This document shows, in pieces, positions 54,501-64,000 of a DNA stretch of 64,000 nt. The DNA lies in NCBI RefSeq assembly GCF_009914755.1, contig NC_060946.1. One strand, 5' to 3'. The number at the start of each line of letters is the position of its first letter. Within the stretch, counting starts at the first letter, position 1. A program made the translations under genes and the position numbers. The notes under the pieces are model-generated. The model saw only the letters and a program-made list of their open reading frames with translations, had not been told where the DNA came from and made no database searches. Origin of the DNA: the human T2T-CHM13v2.0 reference genome, Homo sapiens.

Positions 54501-57500
54501 AACAACCGGGGGTAGGGAAGTTATTTTTCATATGGGATGTGGTCCTTAAAAGCTAGAAGTGACTTTTAAAATTATTCCCTATTCCCTAGATCTTTTGTAA
54601 AACCACCTAAAACTGAACAAGTCAGAGGGAGAGTGTGACTCCCAGGCTCCTGGCAGGAATCACGGAAAGCCTTTGCAATCCCCCATCTCTGATGTTTTTT
54701 GAACAGTCATATTTGTTATTGTCTAAATTGAACTTTGGGTGAAAATAGTTTCCTGTTTGCCTGCAGTATTTGTTTTCTGAGAGGATATTCAGAAACATCA
54801 GTTTTCTGAAACAAGTCAAAGTAATATAGGATTTCCTTTGTTAATATCAAAGTCTTTTACCTCTGGGATAGAGCCTGTTTTCTCTTTCTCTTTCTCTCAG
54901 CAAAGAATATTTCCTTCTCTCTCTAATTGGATTTCTACAAGGATCTGTTTCCCCTTCTCTCTACCAGATGCTCGAGATAGAGCACTGTACAGAAAGCTGC
55001 TGGCTGATGTCGTTCCTGTCTTTTTCTGCCACATTAACCCAGTAGGGGGTTTAACAGCCCGAGATTTTGAAAAGCTGTTGTCACGTCATGAAAGCCCCCA
55101 AACACAACTTAAATGGTTATTAGCTAGTGGGAAACGTCCCCTGCATTCTAATCCTTCCATTTAAATAACAATAATAAAGAAAATAATAACAGTAAGAGTA
55201 AACTCCATGGCTTCGAAGCCATGATTATACCCTACCACCCATCGTCCACACAGTCTACAGCGAATTTATATGGGGCCTAAGGGTGAGGTGTATGGCTTTT
55301 GGCTTGGTGGGCACTTCTGATTTTGCAGCCAGCCAGCAGGGGTCGCCCAAGTCATCTAGCAGTTACTTTGGAGCTTCCATGACATCCTGGATAATTCCTT
55401 TAAAAAATCCAAGGCACAGACAAAAGAGCCAAGGGGGTCCCTTGCTGTATTAAAAGCCCTGAAACACATGTATTTGCCAAATAGAAAGGTGCAGAATTAA
55501 TTGGAAAAGAGATGGAATTTGTATTTCCAGTTCCCTTGGGGGTTTTATAATTAATAAATATTTGTTAAGTCTTTAACAAGTATAAAGTACCATATATGTG
55601 CGGAACAAAACAAGCTTTTGCTGGCATCAGAATGTGGTGCATTCTGTACTTGATCAAAAGACATAAAAGTTAAGAATAAGCAATGACAGCAGTGCCATAT
55701 AGTGACCCTTTATCATGTGCCAGGCATTTCCTAAATTTCCTCACAATGACCCATCAAGGTAGATCCTACTATTATTCCTATTTCGTAGATTTTTGTTAAA
55801 AGCCCCACAAAGCTCCGCAAGATTCAGTCACTTGCCCCAGGAAGCCCAGCCAGTAACTGGAAGAGCCCAGATTTAAACTGGGCTTTATAGTTAATACATC
55901 TTCTCAACTCCCAAACTGATGTTTTTTCTAACAGCCCTATTGTATAGCCAGCATAACAAAATTTATGTATTCCTTATGCCAAGGATACTAAAGGAAATGC
56001 TACCACAGAAAAAAAGACCAGCCATTTTCAATAATAATTAATGAAGTACAAATTGTGTAGGTAATACAAAAAAATTGTGTTGGCTATGGGGCTTCTGAAA
56101 TAATGTCTCGAGTGTTTTATTTCCTTATGTATATTCAATACTTTATAAAATGTCTACAGATGTGAAAATTATAGTAAATATGTTCTGCAGTCTTAATTGC
56201 TAAATGATCACAAAGTAACTAAACAAGAGGTGGCAGGTTGCCCTGTGGCTTTATTCATCTCTTTCTGGAGAGCAGCAAAATCATAAAGTCTTCTCCGACA
56301 CAACAGGTTTCTATGGTTACAAGAGACGTAAATATATTATATGTCCTGTGCGACGTGAAAGGACCAGCCAGGCGCTGTGTGTGCAGCAGACCCCCAGAGG
56401 GAGAGCACTCATGTGGATGGCACTCCACAGCCAGCTAAATATTTGTTTCTAGGTTTACAACAGGGTAGAAGCAGGAATAAAAGCTGTTGGTGCTAGAGAA
56501 CCTGTCTACATAGCTCAGCAAATGTATCGGCACGTTGGCCGTAAAGAAATGCAAAGAACGAAATGGCTTCTGCCTTGTCAGCCTTGAAAACCAGTCCTTA
56601 GTGAGCTGTGTGAGGCAGAGGCTTTGTCCATCATCCCTTCAGGATGCAGGATGGCCTATTGTCTCCCACTGCTGGGCATCTGCACAGAATCTACATGATT
56701 CAAATTATTCTGTTGGTGGTTTATGTATTTTTTTAACCTTAAAGAAGCATAATCAGATAGTGGCTACTGAGAAATAAAATAAGAAAAGTAGTTTCCATTC
56801 AAGATAGGATAGGGTCAGAGACCTCTGTCTGAATCCAGGATTTACTATATGTATCATAAGAAGTGACAAATTACAATAATCTGCATCATTAAGACTGAAG
56901 ACGGAATACTGGAAAATCCAAATTCAAAGAGCAAGGGAAATAACAGCTTAGATTTCTCCAGAGTTATTTTCATTGCATAAATTGTGAAGCAATGTTAAAT
57001 GAAGAAATGCTGTTGTCCATTAAATAGAATCCCTGAAACCCTGAACTGTACCCTTTCCTTGTTTAATTCTGAAGTCTTTCACAGATCACCTGCCTTTGAC
57101 TGCACATATTCCAGGAGCCCTGGAATCCAGAAAAGTAGTTACTGGGACAGCTACATTCCTCTTTTCTTTTTTTTAATAATTAGAGAAAGGGAAAACAAGG
57201 ACAGGCTAAAAATCCCTAGGAAAGAAAGAAGCAATCTCTCCTGGAAAGACAGTATTTACCTGAAGAAACTGTTCATTGGTATCCTTTAGAGCAAAAAATA
57301 ATGACTGTTCCTGGCCACTTTTGCTTTTAAGGTTTTTAAGAACACATTACACATTCTTATTTTAAATATAAATGCATCCTGACGTTTGTTAGCTAAAGGA
57401 AGACTTAAATAAATCCCTGACACACTTAGTGAGTCAGAGGGGGTGATCTGGGTTAGGAAAATAGAATAACAACCCCATATGGGGAAGAAAGGGCACAAAT

Positions 57501-58964
57501 GCTGGGTATCTGACCCTCCTAGAGAGAAAGTAAGGAGCCTGGTTTCCTGCAGCTATCCTTCATGATCCAGAAATGTGGTGAAGGCAAGAATGGAGAGGGA
57601 ATGATGAAATGGACCAAAGGGAAGACTGTGGTGATCCCAGGATGGTCCCGCATGCAGCAGATTGCTTGACGAAATGAGGCTGCCTAATGAGTAGCTTGGA
57701 TTGATTTGAAGACATGGAAATATCAGGCCGAGGCAGTGCCAATGGTCCCTCCCAGGGTTTGGGTCATGTCAGCTGGCTGCTATGTATGCCAAACACAATG
57801 CAAAACCAATATTTCCAGGCTGAAATGTAGGGTTCCAAATGTGTCATTTGGGTTTCATTTTAAAATCAGGGTTTGAGCCATGTCTTTGGCCCAGATAAAA
57901 GGATAAGGAGGTCAGGACAAAAATCAAGGATAAGAGAGGGGTGTTGCCAAGGACAGAGCAGAGAGGGAGTGGTGATGGCTTCCAACTCATCCACCCGCCA
58001 TCTTGTCCCCTTTATGTAATGTGATAATCCTGATACACAGCCAACGCCCTCCCTGTGTGGGCTCCCCTCCACACATATCTGCTGCCATCTCCAATCCCCA
58101 GCTCATGTCACTCTACACCCTTGGAATGTTCCATCCTCTCTTTAGACAACCCACATCTTTCCCCATCAATAAACTCTGCTTAATATTTACCTCCTCCATG
58201 AAGGCAATCTCTCTGACTAATCCCAACTGGCTTTGAACATACAAATCCTTTTCATCTAACTTTTAGCATTCAAGGGTTTGGTTATATAAAATCAAAGATC
58301 ACTTCCAGCTCTAAAATGTTATCCATAGTTTCACAGAATAGCTGAAAGAGCACCCACAGTAAAGAGAAGTTCCCTGTCTTTGAGTCCAGTGTGTTTCTGG
58401 AGCCACACCCTGCAGCAGATCAGGGTTGGGTTCACACTATTCCATCTGTTTGGATAAGTTCAGCAAGTCTGGCAGTATATGAGGGATGGGTAAAAGCAAT
58501 GATAAATCAGTGTGTTTATTAGACAGTACTGAGTTAAAAAGCAGTGAAAAACAGGTAATGTCTATTCTTTCATTCACTCATCAAATATTTGCTGAGCCCC
58601 CATGCAGCGAAAAGATAGGGAGTAACAGACACAGTCCCTGCTCTGCTACGAGTCAAGAAAATACTGGGTAACAACTGAGCACAGGGATACTCAAAGCTAC
58701 ACTCTGAGTCCTCAATAACCTGTAGAACGATTAGTGGAAGAGCAAGATTGGTATACACAAATCAATACTTCTAAAGGAGCTCTATGTATGAGACAAAATG
58801 GGATAGAATGGAATGGCTAAAAGTGCTAAAAGTGTTTGAAACAAAGGAAAAAGATAGGCTGTTCTGAAGTTAAAGAAGTCAAGCCCCTTGAAGGACATCG
58901 AAGATTTAGATGAATAGAAGAAAAGAAGAAAAATAGACCTCCGCTTAATGTCTACCAAAGATTA

Positions 58965-59160
58965 AGGGCTGTGCTAGGAATCTCCCAGACACTATTTAGT
59001 TTTAAGGCTCACAACAACTCTATGAGGCAACGATCATAACCCCCATTTTATGGATGAGAAAAGTAGGTCTAAAGAATGTTAAACAACTTGTCCCAAATGA
59101 CATAGCTAGTAAAGTGCAGGGCCAAGATTTGCCTCTAAGTTTAATGCTTTTTCATGCACT
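58965..59160 (-). mobile_element. MIR SINE
   Basis: ccccattttatggatgagaaaagtagg...gttaaacaacttgtcccaaatgacatagctag is the reverse-complement core. Confidence 0.65.
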
Positions 59161-59554
59161 CACCTACCCCACTCCCTTTCTCCCCATGACCATCATTAAT
59201 CCATGCAAGGCCATCTATATCACCACCCATCTGTCACTCATACCGTCACCCCTAGGCCCTACTCACATTCCTTTCCCCCACTGGCCACCATTCTAATGTG
59301 TTTATTGTATAGCCTTTTGCCTGAATTTCTCCCTCTAAATCTGTATATAGGTATTTTAATCATGTATATGATATCACCTTATATAGTTCATTCTTTCTTA
59401 TTTTTCCATGACACCCTATATTTTTAAGATCAATATGTACATGCTGTTTTATATATTTTCCCAAAATTTTACAGTGAAAAGTGAAACATACAGAAAAATT
59501 TAAATAATTTTGTAGTGAATACCTATATTTTACTGCCTTGATTCTATCATTAGC

Positions 59555-59852
59555 TTTTTTTTCAGACATGGGGTCTCGCTATGTTGCCATGGCTGGAGTG
59601 CAGTGGCTATTCACTATTCACAGGCATGATCCTACTGCTGATCCGCACCAGAGTTCTCACCAGCTCTATTTCTGACCTGGGTCAGTTCACCCCTCCTCAG
59701 GCAACCTGGTGGCCCCTCGCTCTCAGGAGATCACCATATTGATGCTGAACTTAGGGCAGACACCTGATCAGCACAGCACCCTACAGCCCACAGCTCCTGG
59801 GCTCAAGTGGTCCTCCTGCCTCAGTCTCCTGAGTGACTGGGAATACAGGCCC
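59555..59852 (-). pseudogene. 7SL (SRP) RNA processed pseudogene (RN7SL-type)
   Basis: Contains the 7SL S domain that Alu lacks (ttcacccctcct, aggcaacctggtgg, caccatattgatgctgaacttag), between Alu-domain halves. Poly-T tail, TSD tatcatta(g/a)c, about 17 nt missing at the 5' end. Confidence 0.9.
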
Positions 59853-61494
59853 ATTATCATTAACATTTTAATAAAATTGCTTTATCACATACCTGTCCAA
59901 GTAGTTTACCCTCTTTCCATTCATCAACTCATTTTGTGTTTGGATGTAATTCAATGTAAATTACAGGCTTCAATTAAGGTTCCCTTAAATAGTTCAGAAG
60001 GCAATTATTAGCCATAATACATTTGTTTATGGTTTTTAATATAAAATTTATATACAATAAAAAATATAAATAACTACATAAAATGAATTGCACAAATCTT
60101 AATGTACATTAAGGAAGTTTTGACAAAGGCATGCACTTGTGTTCATAACTCTATCAAGATTTAGAGCATTACTTTCATCCCAGAAAGTTCCTTCATGATC
60201 CTTCCCAGTTAATTTTTACACCAGCCCTGGAGGCAAATCGTCTGATTCTCTTCCACCAGAGATTAATTAGGCTTGTTCTAGAACTTCACATAAATGGAAT
60301 CATATGGTATATGCTCTTCTGGGTAAGGTTCCTTTCAATTAACAAAGTATTTTTCGGATTCATCCATGTTGCTGTTTGTATTTACAGCTTCTTACTTTTT
60401 ACTGGTGGGTACCATGCCATTGTATAACCATAGCACAGATGAGTCATTCTCCTGCTGATAGACATCTGTGCTCCTTTATGATTTGGAGGTATTATGAATA
60501 AAGCTGCTAATGACATTTATGTAAAATTCTTTTTGTGAACATATATTTTCATTTATCTTGGGTAAATACCTCAGAGTGAAATTGATGATCCATAGAGTAG
60601 GTATTTAGTTTCATAAAACTGTTCAAACTTTTTCCAGAGTTATTACATATTCATAGTCACTCCAATAATACATAAGCATTTTAGTAACTCTACATCCTCA
60701 CTAACATTTGTATTTTCAGTTTTTAAAATTTCATCCTTTCTAGTGGGAATGTAGTGGTATCTTCTTGTGGCTTAAATTGGACTTCTATCATGCTAGATAT
60801 CTATCATGCTAGATATTTTTTGATGTGCACACTCTCATTCACAAAACTTTTTAAATCAAGTGTTTGTTTAAATCTTTCCACGTTTTAAATTGGATTATTC
60901 TATTAATTAAATTTTAGGAGTTCTTTACAAATGCTGGGTACCAGTCTTTTATCAGATATATGATTTGTGGCTTGCCTATCCATTTTCTTCATGATGTATT
61001 TTGATGAGCGTAAGTTTTAAATTGCGATGATATCTAATTTATAATTTTTTTTCTTTTCTGGCTATTGCTTTTTATGACCTGCCTACCTCTAAGTCAGAAA
61101 TATTCTCTTCCATGTTTTCATATAACAGTTTTATAGTTTTATTTATTATGTATAAGTCTATGATCCATCTTGAATTGATTTTTGTGCTTGGTATGAGGTA
61201 AGGTTCAAGATTGTTTTTTTCTGTAGATATACCCAGTTGTTCCAGCATGATTTGTTGAAAAGACTTTCCTTTCCCCATTGTATTGTTTTGGTATCTCTGT
61301 CAAAAATCAAATGACCATATGAGTGTGGGTCTATTTCTGGGCTCTCTATTCTGCTCCATTGATCTACTTGTCAATTCTTATGTGCCACACTGTCTTGATT
61401 ACTATAGCTTTATAAGTCCTGGAGTCAAGTAGTATACATTCTCCAACTTCACCTTTTTTTCCCCCAGATTGCTTTGGATATTCTAGGTCAAATA

Positions 61495-61707
61495 TCAGAA
61501 ATGCTTCTTTTTTTTTTCCTTAAAGGACAGATAATAAATATTTTAGGCTTACGGGCAATATGGTATCTGTCCTAACTACTCAACAGTAGTGTTGTGGCAT
61601 GAGAGTAACCATAAACAATATGTAAACAAATGGCTGTGGCTGTGTTCCAGTAAAAGTTTATTTACGAAACAGTAGCTGGTCTGCAGACCACAGTCTCTGA
61701 ACTTCTG
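61495..61707 (+). mobile_element. MER58A-like hAT-Charlie MITE inserted in the old L1
   Basis: taaaggacagataataaatattttaggctt...aacaatatgtaaacaaatggctgtggctgtgttccagtaaaa. Confidence 0.75.
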
Positions 61708-63515
61708 CTAAGCCTTGGGCATTTCCATACATATTGTAAAATCACCTTATCAATTTGGAGATTATGACTGATATAGTGTTGAGCCTAGAAGTCAATTTGG
61801 GAAGAGCTGACATCTTAACAATGTTGAGTCTTCCAATATGTTAATATGGCAAAGTATACTAACTGATTTTTTTTAATGTTAAACCAGCCTTATATTTCTG
61901 GGATAAAGCTACATGGTCATGCTATATTTGATTTGCTAATGTTTTGCTAAATATTTTTATACCTATATGCATGAGTAATTTGGTTTGCAATTTTCTTTTT
62001 ATCTAATATCATTGTTAGGTTTTGGTATTAGGGTTATAATACAAGTTTAATACAAGTGGAAGTGGTTCCTCCTCTTCTATTGTCAGCAGTTTGTGTAAAA
62101 TTGTAGGGTTTTTTCTTAAATATTTGATAGAATTCATTAGTGAAATCATCTAAACTTTGAGTTTGCTGTTAAAAAGGTTTCTGATAATGAATTTAATAGA
62201 CATAGGGCTATTCATATTTTGCTTAATCTAGTATTAGTTTTGGTAAAAGGAATTTTTCAAGGAATTTTTTCATTTCATCTTAGTTGTCAAATTTATTGGT
62301 AGAAAGTTGTTCATAGTATTCTCTTATCCTTGTTATGTCCATAAGATCTGAAGCAATAAGGTTTCTTTCAGCTCTTATAGTCATAATTCATGTTCCATCT
62401 CTTTCCTTAGCCAGTATCACTGAGGGTTTGGTTTATCAATTTTTTGCTCTTTCCAAAGAAGTGATTTTAGCTTTATTAATTTTTCAATATTGTTTCTCCG
62501 TTTTCTCTTTCATGGATTTCTGTTCTTATCTTTATCATTTTCTTCTTTCTACTTAATTTTGGGTTTACATGCTCTTCGTTTTCTAGCTTCTTTAGGCATA
62601 ATCTTATATCACTGACTTTCTACTTTCCTCTTTTTCTACTATGAACATTTAAAACTATAAATTTCCTTCTATCTATGCTTTAACTTCATATTTTGATATG
62701 TCAGTTTTCTTTATCATTTATTAGAAATACATTTAAATTTCTCTTGTTTTCTTCTTTGACCTATGGATATTTTAGTAGTGTATTTAATTTCCAAGTATCT
62801 GTGGTCAGAACATGTACCCTATAGTATTTTAATCATTTTAACTTCTATCAAAATGTGTTTTATAGTCTATTTGTTGACTGTACCATGAGCACTTGAAGAG
62901 AATATGTATTCTTCAGTTTGGGGATATGATGTTCTATAACTATAATTAGGTCAAGGTGATTGGTGTTTTTGTATCATCTATGTTTTACTGGCTTGTATTT
63001 TTTCTAATTATTCTATAAATTTCTAATTATAGCTATTATTTATCAATACAGAGTGGTGTTAAAGTTGCCAAATACAACTGCAGAAATATCTGTTTCTTTT
63101 TAATTTTATCAAATTTTGCTTCATGTAATTTGAAACTTGGTCACTAGGTAAATATACATTTATGGCTTTTAATGTCTTCTTGGTAAATTGATTCTTTTAT
63201 CATTAAGAAATGTCCCTCTTTACCTCTGGTAATACTCTTGGTATTATTAAATATTAAATTAATATTTAATCTGACTGAAGGCACTCCAGCCACCTGTATG
63301 ATTACCGTTTACATGGTATATCGTTTTCTACCCATTTATTTTCAATCTATAGGTAAATATCAGAGATTTTGGTTCTGCTTTTTAAAAAATCCATTTAACA
63401 ATGTCCTTTAATTGTACTATTTAGTTCCTTAATATTGTACTATTTAGTTCCTTAACATTTATTGAAAGAACTAATATTTAATGAAAGTACTCAACTTTTT
63501 TTTTTAAAAAGATCC

Positions 63516-64000
63516 TTTTGTTATTATTATACTTTAAGTTCTAAGGTACATGTGCACAATGTGCAGGTTTGTTACACATGTATACATGTGCCATGTTGGT
63601 GTGCTGCACCCATTAACTCATCATTTACATTAGGTATTTCTCCTAATGCTATCCTTCCCCCATCCCCCAACCCCACGACAGGCTCCGGTGTGTGATGTTC
63701 CCCACCCTGTGTCCAAGTGTTCTCATTCTTCAATTCCCACCTATGAATGAGAACATGCGGTGTTTGGTTTTCTGTCCTTGTGACAGTTGCTCAGAACGAT
63801 GGTTTCCAGCTTCATCCATGTCTCTACAAAGGACATGAACTCATCCTTTTTTATGGCTGCATAGTATTCCATGGTGTATATGTGCCACATTTTCTTAATC
63901 CAGTCTATCATTGCTGGACATCTGGGTTGTTTCCAAGTCTTTGCTATTGTGAATAGTGCTGCAATAAACATACGTATGCATGTGTCTTTATAGCAGCATG
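63516..64000 (-). mobile_element. L1PA 3' end (L1PA5-like), continuing past the window edge
   Basis: Reverse-complement 3'UTR and ORF2 C-terminus (ORF 63741-63971 MFIAALFTIAKTWKQP...). Confidence 0.9.

Larger units (their letters stand above)
59440..63460 (-). mobile_element. Ancient L1M LINE remnant (3'UTR and ORF2), interrupted by later insertions
   Basis: AT-rich L1-like sequence; ORF 61072-61278 (-) gives [19 protein letters not shown], homologous to L1 ORF2 [19 protein letters not shown]. It may be more than one element; boundaries approximate. Confidence 0.7.

Overview
Human (primate) genomic DNA from inside the TTC28 gene (TPRBK, 22q12.1), which is transcribed on the minus strand. Four internal coding exons (33797-33657, 17813-17669, 4974-4795, 2681-1961; 141/145/180/721 nt) have canonical AG/GT boundaries and compatible phases. 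They splice into one open frame encoding most of the caspase-fold CHAT domain; from recall these are about exons 13-16. The rest is intron: GC-rich and MIR/AluJ-rich in the first ~35 kb, AT-rich and L1-rich after that. Repeats include seven Alus, a 6.9-kb composite L1PA, two L1PA 3' fragments, an old L1M, an MLT2 LTR, four MITE-type DNA transposons (three Tigger-type, one hAT), a 7SL pseudogene and several micro/minisatellites. There are no rRNA, tRNA, CRISPR or prokaryotic features, and most ORF-track entries are spurious. I see no well-supported wholly new biological system. The best leads are: (1) the CHAT domain keeps the catalytic His but has Ser at the catalytic Cys position, suggesting a pseudoprotease; (2) two L1PA subfamily copies are fused in register inside a single 16-bp TSD and share a private frameshift; (3) plus-strand poly(A) sites fit an antisense lncRNA (TTC28-AS1) covering the CHAT exons; (4) two tiny poly(A)-tailed insertions with flanking duplications; (5) a weak Harbinger-transposase-like fossil frame; (6) strong CTCF and RFX motifs.
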